A program made the position numbers and the translations under genes. Shown here piece after piece: positions 26,349-39,340 of a stretch of 64,000 bases of DNA. Source of the stretch: Callorhinchus milii. Taxonomy: Eukaryota. The notes under the pieces were generated by a model. It worked only from the letters and a program-made list of their open reading frames with translations, had not been told where the DNA came from and made no database searches. How positions within the stretch are numbered: the first letter of the stretch is position 1; each line of letters starts with the position of its first letter. The stretch lies in the NCBI RefSeq assembly GCF_018977255.1, contig NW_024704781.1:558001-622000 (forward strand). The letters are read 5' to 3'.

Positions 26349-28891
26349 CTACACTCTGACTGTGGCGTAGATTGGACCATCGTCCACGTCTTCACGGCGA
26401 TTCCCACTCCTGTTTCCTTATGTCAGTTTGGCGTAGGTGATATCAGGCCAACAATCAGCACGTGTGCTGAGGATCATGGAGAAACCACTCCCAATGATTT
26501 CATCTTTCGGCTCCAAAGGGACCCCAAGACATAGCTTCATTATATGTCCGTGGGTGTGTGTCCCTGTCTCCTCCAAAGCCCCCCGGGAAACCTCAACCGA
26601 CAGCTCTTGAATGGGGGTTGTATTTCTCCCCCGCCCCCAGCTGGGGACCGCAACCCACATATCCAGTGTATGCGCGCATGTCTCCACCTCTCCCCCATGA
26701 ACGCTATGGCTGTTAAAATGCCTGGAGGTCAAAACAAATCAATTGATCATGAGAAAATCCCCCGCTAATTAATTTGTAACGCATAATAATGATAATAACC
26801 TTTTATTTGCTAGATGCTGCCAACGTGAAAGATATTATATAGGTGTAAATCGTAAACACACATGTAGGTAAAAACAAAACGAGCGACAGACAGACACACA
26901 GACAGAAACATATACACACACATACACATACAACCGCTTACACAGATCCAACCCGCACACCCACGGACACATTATACACTTACACAAATTTACATACCCA
27001 AAGATTAGCACTGGATCAGCACATGACCTGAGCTGGTCGAACACAGGGCTGAGCTGGGCTGTCATAGGGTCTGAGCAGGGCTGACACAGGGCCTCAGCTG
27101 GGCTGACACAGGGCTGAGCTGGGCTGACACAGGGCCTGAGATTGGCTGACCCAGGGGCTGGGCTGGGCTGTCATAGGGTCTGAGCTGGGCTGACACAGCG
27201 ACATAGCTGGGCTTACACAGGGCCTCAGCTGGGCTGACACATCGCCTGAGCTGGGCTGTCACAGGGCCTGAGCTGGGTTGAAAAAATGAACCCGTATTTA
27301 CTCACCTCTGGAGGCAACGATTCTTGAGCAAATCTCACCGACGCATCTGAAACAAACAGAAACGTGATTTAACACGAGGACAATTCAGTAATACTCAACG
27401 TTACTTATTTTATCATCAATTACATTGATACTTGAAACTTTTAACGGTTAATGATCAAGACAGTAATAATTATTAGACAGACAGTTGTACATCAATAATC
27501 CCAGCGTACGATATAACTATTTATCGCCTCTTCGCAAAGTCCCAACGCTTTCACAGAATATACTGCATAGTGGATTCTGTGTGCTTTTTGAGCCAGACAA
27601 AATATCCAGTTTGCAGCGAAACTAACATGTATAAAAGAAGTACTATATTTTGTGGATTGTCGACCTGAAAACGGGAAAAAAAAGTCCTTCTTTGAATAAT
27701 GCGGCTGGATATTTATTGTCCACCTGAACAGGCAGATGAACCTCAGTTTAACATCCCATGTGAAGGACAGAACACATGAAGCGGCTGAAATTCAGAGAAG
27801 TGAGTCACACACAGACACACGGATACAGTCAGACGTGCAGACAAGCATACAGTCAGTCATGCAGAAAAATAGACAGAAATATAAAGAGACAGATATACAA
27901 ACAGCCGGTCAGAAACACAGACATACAGTGAGACAAGCAGACACACGGGCACACAGACAAACAGAATCAGAAAGACACACAGTCACACACCCTCACATAA
28001 AAATAGACTAAGAAAAAAGGGGAGTAACAGAGCTGGAGAGAGGGGCAAAGAGAACAATGGCCTCTGGTTTGGGGGAGGCTCATGAGCAAGCGATGGCTTC
28101 GTGTGGGGCTCGGGCACACTGCTGACCAGACATGTTTGTGATCAGCTCCTTTCCCTCTGGGCTCAAACCCAGGAAACCTCTTACTCACATGTGACGTTGC
28201 TGGTCGGGGGTCCACCTCCTGTGGCGGCATTGCTGAAAGAGAAACAAAGTGGAAGGAGAGAGCTATGAATGCTCTGCTGTTTTTGATTATTATTGAAACT
28301 CATCCACGTGATTGCACCATCTACACGAGGTGATGAGTTCCAGTCACACTCCTTCACATGGAACTACATGTGTTTCTCATGAATGTGCAGTTTCTCTGCG
28401 AACCGAATCACCATGAGGATTAGACATAGGCTGGCGAGAGTCAATGTGTCTCTACTTTAAAGTGTGCATTTATGTAACTGATGGGGTCCCACCATCGAAA
28501 ACTACGTAGCTTGTTATTGGAAGCTCTGTCTGCCAAGCTTCTGCTTGTCCAGTTTGCATCTTCCTACCACTTAGGGCTTTTTCTTTCAGGGTAGCAAGAG
28601 CTGAGTTCGATGACTCTCGAGCCCCGTTATGAGGTCTGCCCTTCCAATTCCTGCCGATGAGTGTGTGAGTGAGTACAAGTGCAAACACAATGTGGAGCAC
28701 CAACGAATGGGACTACAGTGGAAAGCTGCACTGGGGAGGGAGCACCAGCACAGGCAAAATGAGGTGAGAGCAGGGAATGCTGTTAGAAGAGAGAGATACA
28801 GATGGAAGCACCTGCGCAGGAAGGATAGGGAGAGAGCATGGATTAGAATAGAAATGTACTCACCTTTGCTCTCTTGGAATATACTGTTTAC
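26349..28891 (-). pseudogene. Cytoplasmic-tail exons of an ITIM/ITSM-type receptor (exons 28891-28864, 28232-28189, 27346-27306, plus a terminal segment about 26467-26349); partial or pseudogenised
   Basis: Three AG/GTGAGT-flanked exons join in phase to GKQYIPREQSNAATGGGPPTSNVTYASVRFAQESLPPE. The downstream segment reads DITYAKLT*GNRSGNRREDVDDGPIYATVRV*. The phase into the last segment does not match, and no ectodomain or TM exon was confidently found. Confidence 0.6.
27025..27280 (+). repeat. Minisatellite, about 22-bp unit (GGGCCTGAGCTGGGCTGACACA), about 11 copies
   Basis: Tandem periodicity read directly. Confidence 0.9.
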
Positions 28892-29834
28892 CTGCAGTAT
28901 AATATGTAATAAATCTTAAATATTCTTCAGTATTCGTTTTATAATGCTGTGCGATTAAATTTAATAATCCTCGCCTTTATTTCACAGTAAAAAGACCCTC
29001 ATAGGCAACTGTTGCCATGTGTTGTTCCCCCAACCCCCCACCCCACACCCCAACTTCCCTCCTCCCCCCACTCAACGACTGCCATTGGTGGACGAAGTTT
29101 CAGCCACTGCACCACGGATCTCTGGAAATGCATCCCTGATTTACCCCTCGCTCCCACTCTCATGCCCCAACACCCATCAATTCAACCGTGTCTAATATTA
29201 CTATTACTATTCAGAGTAACGCAAGTGTATTGATTTACTCCAAGTGTAGTTACTGTGCAGCTTTTTAAATGAAATGCGCCAGTCAATTGCACTCAAGAGT
29301 GTCGCAGAAACAGCAATGGAGTGAGTGACTAATTTTATTTGCCAGATTATTGGTCAGGATACTGGAAGAAACTCGTTTCTCTTTTCGAATGGTGCTGCAG
29401 GATCTGGAATTCGGTTTAACGGTCTGACGGGTGGTACAGGCGGAAGAACTTAACACTAAATCAATATTGTCAAACTACAGTAGCTTCTGCACTGGGAATT
29501 GCTAACAATAATCTCATACCAAGAGGGCCATTGCATGTGAACCTCGATATTGTCAGGTACTCAAAGTTAAGTATGAAACAGTCCATTGCCAATTGTACTA
29601 TCATGAATAAATGCATGTCTTGCTGATTTAGGACAACGGTGCTGTCTAATCTCTACCAATACAGATTAGTTGATAAACATCGAATACTGGTTTTGTAGCT
29701 TCAGGTACTCATCTGCACTCATTTACACAGCAGAAAAGCAATACACAGTGGTTAGTTCTGTTGCTGTCTCTTACTTTATTCCCAATAATTGTAAACTATG
29801 TTCATTGATATTAATTGACCTTTAGTTAGACCAT

Positions 29835-30118
29835 TAAGTTAGAGCGCTCACCTCGTAAATGAGAGACTTGTGTTTGACTCCCAACATGATTAGGCAAGTT
29901 CCCGTGTGCCACGCGCTTGATAATAATTCCGCAAAAATACAAAATAATGCTCAATTGCTCACTTTAATCCACGAATGTTTGTGACACATTGCTGTGAGTA
30001 ATTCGCTGCCGCATTTCGCCCAAAAGTATGCTGTCAATTCATTATACAGTATATTCTGTGAAGTGCATTGAGACGTCGAGAAGATTTTGAAACTGCTGTG
30101 CTAAATGCAACGATTTAA
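29835..30118 (+). mobile_element. tRNA-derived SINE, diverged
   Basis: Head, GGCAAGTTCC linker, core and tail recognisable. Confidence 0.7.
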
Positions 30119-30714
30119 TATTTATTTATCAGCTCAATATCTGTTTCCTGAATACTGGTTGCTCTCATTGTTGAGTCTTGCCATTGTATTAGCATTGAGC
30201 GTGGAACAATAATAAAGGAAACAATAATCAAATTATTTAATGACTAAATAAATGATACATTCATCTTTTTCTCCAAATTCGGACTTCAAGTGGTATCTGA
30301 ATTTTAAAAATATTAAGGCGTGCAAACATAAAAAGTGCTCTCGGACAAAAGTTGTCGGTAGTACTCAATAAGTACAGTCCGCAATCTGGATGCTGTTAGT
30401 TTTGGGAAGAAGTCCATTGTTACATAGGTTTTGGTTGGATTAGCAACACACGAGGACTTAACGCGTCAGTCGGGAAGGAGACATATAAAAATGTAAGAAA
30501 CAGACATAGCAAGGTATAAAGAGGTGGAAAACATAGGTGGCAAATCACTCCCGTTGTGCTTCACATGAAGGAAGTGATGATGAAGACAGTAAAGGAGAGT
30601 GTTTTGGATGCGAAGTGATGGCAGGTTCGAGAAGACGTCCATTGTTAAGATACCCAACTAAGAATTGCAAAGACACATGGACTTTACAGAAGTATTTATT
30701 GTAATGAAATGCAT

Positions 30715-30775
<61 letters not shown>

Positions 30776-30800
30776 TTATCTCTATCTCTCTCTCTATCTA
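30715..30800 (+). repeat. (CT)n microsatellite
   Basis: Direct reading. Confidence 0.95.
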
Positions 30801-33800
30801 TCTCTGGAGGGACGCTTCCTAATTACATAATTCTGGAGAATTTTGGCTGCAGGACTGCGAGAGGCAAGACCTTGGACCCCAATGTATGTTGGGTAACGGC
30901 TGGAGTCTAACTACATGAAACCGCATAGTTTCCCACTGAGGGTTGTGTGGGAAGACACTACTTCTCCTGAGAGGACCAGGCTCCCTGTTAGCGCTTTGGA
31001 TTGCAGCGTTAACAAGAGCTCACTTGGAGATTTCCTGTCCCAGTGACAGCTAAGCCCTTTCACGTTCTCCCGCTTAGCGAGGCTGTGCTGTCATAAGCAG
31101 TGTCCTGGAATAGTGCGTACTTAATGTAAATGTAAATGTAACTAAGTTAATCGAAATCAAAGCGTAAATAGGAACATTATATCCGTTTAAACGAAGGATT
31201 CAACAACAAATTTTCAATGAAATTTAGGTAGGTATTTAAAAAGGATAAACAAGTGCAAGGGTATGGGAAAGAGCATGAAGTGGGAGTGATTGGGCAGCTC
31301 TTCTGAAGAGTTGGCACAAGCGCGATGGGACGAATGGCCTCATTGTTTCCTTTGACTCTATGAGCGAAACATATACCGGCTCTGAGACTCCGTGAAATTG
31401 AAAGCCCTAATTTTACAGTCTTTCGTGTATCCGCACATGTTGGTTTAACACATGTGGCTAAAGTTGTCTCTTGGTATCGTGCAGCATTTTTTGTTTGTCT
31501 TGGTATCAATGTATGTTGTGCATCAGGTGCTTTATCAAATAGGAGGATGTCTATAATCCGGCAGAAGACTAACATATTACGGATGGGATAGAAATATTTG
31601 TTGTTGTTGTTGTTTCCATGTGACGAGAAGGATAAATTTGAAGGAGAACAAACGCTTGTTCCTCAGTCAAATCAAATAGCACTGTGTTATATGTAACTTT
31701 GTTCACCCTTTCAAGTTATGTTACATGCACCTTATTATTTTTTTTCTCTCAAGGATTAATTGAAATCTTTCCTCATGAGAATTCGCTGCTGGTGGGTTTG
31801 CTTCTGAAACAGAAGAATCCATCCGACGTGAAATGCGCTAGATAAATATAATTTTGTATTATATTTTATTGTATCCTTAGCAAACTTGGTTCTGTGGCCG
31901 GTAAAACACTCAGTTGCTTCACATTTACCCAAGCACCGAACATAAAAATTATTGAAAATGGTTAGATCCAAGTTTGGAACTTGCATCACAATATTACACG
32001 CTCAGAGTGCTGGCCGTCAATCAATGGCACCTCTATTTAGGAAAACAGATTTTCAAATGAAAAGCGATTTTTAGGTTACATTGAGTGCAAGAATTGCTGA
32101 TGATTAGCAAATGTTGGATAAGGTGGGTTTCGTGGAGATAACAGTGGAGTTCAGGATAAACTCTCAGGTGAGAGCTCCAAAACAAAGGATGTATTTGGTC
32201 AATTTTCCTTAAGTATAATTTAGGGGTGTGGCGGCAGGACTAGAACAACAACAACAACAACAAGATTCCATTTATAAAGCGCCTTTCACGTCAGGAGGAC
32301 GTCCCAAGGCGCTGCACAGTTGGGTCATGACCCGAGCAGGGGGGAAATGGTCAGGGTGAGGGGAGGGAAGGGAGGGAGCGAGGAGGGGGAAGAGAGTCGA
32401 GAGGGGAGCTGAAGGCTCGGCTGAAGGCTAGAAGGCTAGAATAAACCTTTGTAATATCAGTTGTCTTCATTATTTGCATCAGCGTTTTCCATCCACTTGG
32501 ATGAACTTTTCAAAATGTCACAAACGGTTTACCCTAATTGTAAGAATATGTTCTACTTGTGTTTGCGAACACGATTATGGAAAGAGCTCACAGCACTGAG
32601 AAACACATTGAGACAACATCCACACAAGAAATTAACATATTACAAACAAGTATAATGACGTGTGACTGTTCCCTGATGGTCTAGCGCCAGATCGGCGCTC
32701 TCATCTCATTGTTTATAGCATATCAGTCTCTTTTCATACTGACCTCAAAGATTGGTCAACGTATCTTTCGAATGGCTGCTTGGGATGTAATGTTGCACTT
32801 CCACCTCTGAACCACTGCCCCACTCCGCCACTGCCTCACCCGTCAGGCCACTGAAACCCTCATACACGCCCTCCTCGCTCTTTGCCCTTCATCATCCCCA
32901 AGCTGCCCCCATTCTCACATCCTGATCTCCGACTGTTCAGCGCATTGGGACGTCCGTCTGATGCGAAAGGTTCTTTATAGCCGTAATCATGATGCTGGAA
33001 ACCTGAAACAAAAACAGAAGTCGCTAGGAACAGTCAGCAGGTCAGTCGGGGTCTATGAAAAGAGAAAAGTGGGTCAACATTTCGATCGACGACCTCTGAC
33101 GAAGCGTAATGGACCCTAAATCTTGACTCACATTCTCCATAGATGCTGGCTGACCAACTGAGTGTTCCCAGCGACTTCTTTTTGCTTTACAAATTTTTTT
33201 TTTTTCCTGACGTGAAAGTCGCTATACAAATGTAATGTGTTGACTGATTTAAATAGTGAAATAAACACTAATACACACATGTAAAGGACAGAGAATGTCC
33301 ATATTGGCCATCCCAGATCATACCTGTTTTGGCTTTATGAACAGTTCTTTCATGGATGATTAAACATGCCCTGTCAACACACCATTTCATACAACCAAGC
33401 TCTGGGATTTCCATGTGTAGGTGGGATACTGGAATTCTCAACTTGATTTGGATACTCTTAAGCATGGTCACGACTTTTCTCTTTTGCCCGATAACCGAAT
33501 GATCACACGCCAAAAAAATCGAGATACTCATTTTGGATATTTTTCTGATTCATTTGGAAGACTCATATGGATTCTGCCGGTAAGACATTCCAGAATCTAA
33601 CTGCTCTGTGCCTGAAAACCAATTCTCCTAACATTCCCCATTTGCTCGTTTGATAACCAACCGAAACTGACACCATTTCATCAAGAGACCACACAAGCAC
33701 TTGCAAGAAATCCATTCACACACTCAGAATTTGGTCGCTGCCTTCAGCTCTACTGCATGTGTAAAAAAATGTTTAGTACAATAAATTAAACTATTGTATG

Positions 33801-34009
33801 ACTCACAATATAGTCCGGCCCCGCTTACTGCAATTACGGACACAACTTGAGGAAAAATACATTTTCAAAAATAGTATTGTCCTTACCTGAAAATGAAATG
33901 CAATGAATTCAGAAAACTAAATCAGTCGCACACCAATCAATTTAATTGCCAGGAAAATATTTAGGGAAAGGTGAATTCATTTTGCAAAATACTTTCTATT
34001 CCTGTGTAT

Positions 34010-34450
34010 ACAATTCCCCGGCTGGACTTCTCTAAAACCTTCGCGGGTCTCCCCTCCCCAACTATTCACAAAATTCTGCTGATGCAAAACACCACTGCCC
34101 GCTTTCTCACCCGCACCAAACATCGTGCCCGATTACTCCAGTCCTTACCAAACTCCACTGCTTCCGTGACACATAAAGGATCAATTTCAAAATCCTCTCT
34201 CCAGCATTTGAATCCCTCCATTCCTTGCACCCGCACGTCTCTATCCTCCTCTCTCCCCGCAGCAGCACCCACTGCCTCTGCTGTATTGGGTCCGGCCTCC
34301 TCCGTATCCCCGAATTCACCTTTCCAGCATCGGCGGCCGTGCCTTCAACCCCGAAACTGGAAAACCTTCAATCAACCCCTTCGCCCGTCCTCTGCTTCAT
34401 GTTCAGGTCGCCTGAATAGCTTCCTGTTCGACCAGGCCTATGGTCATCTT
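34010..34450 (+). mobile_element. L2-clade LINE 3' fragment
   Basis: LDFSKTFAGLPSPTIHKILLMQNTTARFLTRTKH matches the L2 ORF2 C-terminus; frameshifted. Confidence 0.8.
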
Positions 34451-35687
34451 TACCCTGCCCATGGCTAGGCCTCCAGCTCCGCCAATTTTACTTACTGGAT
34501 TAATTTCCAAATGATATGATATAAAGATAGTTGATTTTCTTCTGAAAGTTTACAATGAATGTATTCGCCAGATATCGACCCTGGGACCTACCACTCGTGA
34601 TAACTGCTACACTATAGAAACTCGAAGAGAGACGGTCAATTGGCAATGAAAAATTGAAATACAAAATGGGGTTTGTTGTCTGAAAAATTTCCAAGCTTGG
34701 TAACTGCCTGCTCCCGTTGTTCCACGATGGCCCCTCTGGTAGGTATTGATGCTCTAAGTGTATACATTGATTCCAGTTGAGACAGATTGGTTTGAGTTGA
34801 AGCACAAATCCGCTCTCATTGTCCTTAAACATTTAAATTCAGCAGAACTTTTTTCAATTGGTACTTTCCATTATAATTATGAATTCCAAAACAAGAGGAA
34901 AACGAAATATCATGAGTATTTGACTGCCTTTGTGTTAAACACCGCATTCGATTGATTTTGACCATAGAAAGATGTCAACTGTGAAACGTTCGCTTCAATG
35001 CAACATCTGAAAATGTCAAACGTCTCAAAACGCTTCACAGGCAATGATGTAAAATTAATTTGCTGTGTATTTTGTGGGAGAAACACTTCGTACGATTACA
35101 TAAGATATGTAATATATGTACAATGCATATTTTATTTTTATCTAATGTCACAGAACCACGATTTTTGATCGGTTTCGAGCCTAGGAAATTTACACTAAAC
35201 TGGACCGTCAAAACAGTTTGCGTGAAGGAAATGTAGCAAGGCTGTGAGACTCCGATTACTTTACCGTTGATCTGCAGCAAAGTTGATTCTGTGGGACATC
35301 AAATGCTCTATTGTTGAACATTTGTGTAAGTAAATAACAATGATTGCAATGTTATTTCTTCTGAATTCAATGACTCATCGCTTTTCCCACCATTTGTACT
35401 TATTTTTCAAAATGTCATAAAAGGCTGCCGTTTGGAAATCCGCTGACAGGATACGGCCCTTAGGATAACTTGACCACCAAATCCCTTGATGTGCATTTCT
35501 TCTACATTGTCCACAATGCCACACATCTTAAGATTTTTTTTATTCCTTAAAGATAAGCAATGATAATAATAATCCTTGCATTTGATGTATCGCTTATCAC
35601 GTCTTCGAGACATCTAAAAGCAAATTACTGAATATACTGTAGAGTGAGATGACCGTATATTTGTAGCTGGAAAAGGAATATGATATG

Positions 35688-38027
35688 TCATTTTCCTTGA
35701 TTGTTACAAGCAACTATGAGATGCCAAGGATATTTCACCGCATCCATCAACTGTTGCCTGAACTTACTTTGAGTCACAGCGTAAATGCATGTATTTGTGC
35801 AGGTACCCAGGAGCTGCAGTAAGTAGGCGCTTTCCTGCGTGATGTACACAGGGTCCTCGGGACCCGTGTAAGTGTACGTTTTTGTAATCCGCCAGTAGAA
35901 GAAGAACACAACTTGAGTCAGCCAAAGGAACACGAAGCAGCCGGTTATGGTGAAGAGCAAGACGATAGACCTTTTGCGAGTTTCTATTTCTGGGTCCTTC
36001 TGGTTTTCCCCTCTGCTCTGCCCGCGGAGCACTTGGCGCACCCTATTGGCCAATAAGATTGACCTCATGGTCAGAGCGTTTAGCAGGACAATCAGACAGA
36101 AGGGAAGCAGGGGTGTCAAGATAACTTGGAACCAGTCAAAAGCCGCCCAGGCCAGTGAAGTGTAAAAATTGGCCATCAATTGACACATCCATGGGATATT
36201 ATTGTTTATATATATTGGTTCTTGGATGAAGAGCCAGGGAATGTTTTTCACTCCACTAAGCAAACACACCGTAGTTATTACAAGGGCCGCCGTTCTCTCG
36301 CGGCAATATTTCACTTTCAGATTCGGGCAACAAATTGCAATAAATCTATCCAACGTGAAAGCCACGGTTAGCCAGACAGAGCCGTCCGTGGTGACGTAAA
36401 TCAGAGCCACTTTGATAGTACAAACGGGGGTGATGTACAGAAAGCTGTTTGGGAAGTAAAGCCCTCCGATGCGATTCAGTATCACGTCAACCAACAGCAC
36501 GAAAAAATCTGCTGCCGCCATGGCCACCAGATAATTGGTAATACATTTGGACAGACCACATCTCCCCCGGGATAGGATGGCCATCGCCAACAAGTTGACT
36601 AGAAAATAAAACAGACGGTGATCATTATTCTTATATGTTATTGAAAATTCACGATTGATTCTGTGCTTCTGAAATTATTTTGGGAGATAACTGGATGTAC
36701 ATTTACAAACTCTATCAAAAAAAACTGCCTGGCTCTGTTTCATTGGAAGGGCGGCATCTCTGTAAATTCAACACATTCTCAGCTCTGCATTGGAGTGTGA
36801 GGTTAGATTATAAAATAATAATCCTTCCATTAGACATAACGATTTTCACATCTTCTAGACGTCTCAGAAAATACTGTAAAGTGAATTGACTGTGTGTTTG
36901 TGGGTGAAATGCGGCATACAATTACACACATCCGTGTCCCGAAATTGTCGTGGAAACAGTGACCAAATAGTTATTTTTAAACCCTGAAATGGTGCTTGAA
37001 CTCACAGGCCTCTGTCTCAGAGGTGACAGTGCTTGAACTGAGACAGATTGACACTCGGTATAAAACCACTATATTCCTGCAATGCATTCCGGTTTAATGT
37101 GCCCCGAAATGACTCCAATTTACAGTGTTGTGCTTAGAAAGGTGATTCTTTCAGCTAATTTTGGCACAGGAATTTCCCATAGAAAAAAAAACCCACAGTG
37201 CCGCAACATAGAGTGAGTGTCCAACTTTATTTGGGCGATTCTTTACAGTAACCAAGAGAGGGAAACTAGCTCCTGTTTTCAACGATGCCACTGGATTCAT
37301 AACGTCGATTAATCATACTGAAGGGACCTCTATTAAAAGTCTGAGTACATGAGATATCCGACAGCACATCCCCATCCCACTACTGCAGCACACATAAACC
37401 ATTGAACTTGAATGTCAGCACAGTCTTGGTATCCATAGTCTACATGGGTTCCAGGTCCTGATGCAGGACTTGAACTGACAATCATCTGACTGAGTGTCGA
37501 GGGTGTCAAAAATTGAGCTAAGCTGACAATATGCATCGTTGGATGTATCAACGATGCACTCTCCTTTTCAATATCTATATGCTCACTTTCAAGGTCGTTT
37601 GATCCATGAACACTTTAGCCTCCCGTATGCTGTATTTTGATACCAGCCTTTCCTCGACCTCAGAATCTCTGGCTTACCTTGTAATATTCCTGTACACGTG
37701 TTAGTCCAGGACACACAATCCATCCTGATTTTCACACATGGAACATATTGTGCATGGAAACGGTTTCAACTGACCTGTCATATATCCAGATATGCTTTTG
37801 TATTATTTTAATATAAAATTTATACGTTTTATAATTCTGCAACTATATCCCCCTCTGCACCAAACTCATACTCTTAACAGAACTCTCACTGTGATCCACC
37901 TCACTCAGTTCTCTTCTCCCTCTGTTGGGCACTCTGCTCAAATTATCACAACCTTACCAGGTACGCCAACGGCTGCAAGAATAGGATAACATATTGCATA
38001 CACGCGTCCTTCTGTTGGTTTATGCAT
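35688..38027 (-). CDS. GPR139-like class A GPCR, copy C (divergent paralogue); exon 1 38027-37958, exon 2 36598-35688; 326 aa
   Basis: Exon 1 MHKPTEGRVYAICYPILAAVGVP ends CCTG|GTAAGG and joins in phase 1 at TTATTTTCTAG|TCAAC (VNLLAMAILSRGRC). Seven TM segments, AADFF, DRFIAIC, TNTCIY; same intron position as copies A and B. Confidence 0.92.
36815..37050 (-). mobile_element. tRNA-derived SINE, diverged, in the intron of GPCR copy C
   Basis: Reverse complement of tail, core and a weak head. Confidence 0.65.
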
Positions 38028-38539
38028 ATCGTTAGATGATTATACCATATAGCTGTGCTGTGCGACAATCTGTGATAAAATCAGAGGCCCTTTTATTTGT
38101 TCCAGAGTAAAACCTCCCGGGATACAAACAGTTTGCATCATCATGCTATCAGATGGCTGTTAACAACAACACATTTACGTTGATGTGGGGCCTTTCATGA
38201 CAGGATGATGTCCCAGTTGGGCTGGCCATTCCAGGTACGTTAAACTAACTTAATCTTTGATTCTGGTTTACTGCAGAATTATGGAAATACAGCTGAGATC
38301 AGTGGTACCCACTTCCTCAAGGTAAACTCTTGATGTCTCCAACTGGAGCTTCCCAGTTAGAGATAAGTGGTCTACTCGTATAAATTTGTGCTTAAACCAG
38401 TTTGTTTCTGCTCTTATTAGCTTCACAACAGCAAATTGTTATTCCCAATGCTTGAAACTGGATAAAGGCAGATGCTTCTCCCAATTTGAAAAAAAAAGTG
38501 ACTGAGGATCAAAGGACTAGTGATTACATTGCGAGTAAC

Positions 38540-39340
38540 CTCTTGGAGATTCGTATCAAAAAATAAGATGACGCAAAATTCGGATAGTAACATAATCCTA
38601 AACGGTTGGTACTGAAAATAAAGAAAGCAGATATAGTGGGAGTATCTTACAATGGATACGTAATTGGCTGACCGACAGAACCTAGAAGTGACTGTTTTGG
38701 GATATCTTTTATTTAATATCTTCATTAAATAACTGAAGCTGGGGGTCACAAGCATAGTGGATAAATTTGCAGATGACACAAAAGTAGTGAAAATGTTATA
38801 CTGGAAAGAGGAAAAGGATCACTTACACGACAATTTCAATATTCTTGGGAATTGGTCAGGAAAGTAATGTTATTTATATGGTGAGAAAATAATTTGTACG
38901 ACAAATGAAAACGACCTTCGGATTCCAATTGAGAGTAAATTGAAGCTATCACCGCAATGCTCGTCAGCAGTGAATAATGCAATTTAGAAGCAAGGCCGTA
39001 ACAAAAGCGTGATATTGAGCCTAAACAGATGGATAAGCCTTTGCAAATCATGAGTGTGACCACACTTGGAATACGGTGTGCAGTTTGGATGACCGCAACA
39101 TAAAAAAGATATTGCAACGATTGAGAGGATACAGAGGAGGGGAATCCAAATTGTTGATGTGATCGAGGGACCATACTTGGAGGAGGGATGAGATAAACTG
39201 GACATGTTCACATTGGAGCAAAGTAGGTTGATGGGTGATATGATTACAGTCTTTAAAATTGGGAAGGAAATATATAATATAGAATACGATATGCTATTTG
39301 GGACATGCCGAGCGACTTTTAGGCTGGAAGAAGGCGATCT
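38540..39340 (+). mobile_element. CR1-clade LINE, decayed RT fragment
   Basis: AAATTTGCAGATGACACAAAA (KFADDTK) followed by CR1-like C-terminal sequence (CAVLDDRNIKKILQRLRGYRG in shifted frames). Confidence 0.8.

Noticed and set aside
32669-32705. tRNA-Glu-like 5' fragment (TCCCTGATGGTCTAG...CGGCGCTCTC)
   Set aside because: Under 40 nt, with internal deletions and no T arm; not listed as a feature.
33260-33900. Possible leader and Ig-domain exons for the ITIM receptor (strong donors near 33352 and 33885)
   Set aside because: All frames have stops, there is no YxC motif, and part translates as FRHRAVRFWNVLPAE, a CR1 LINE C-terminal relic.
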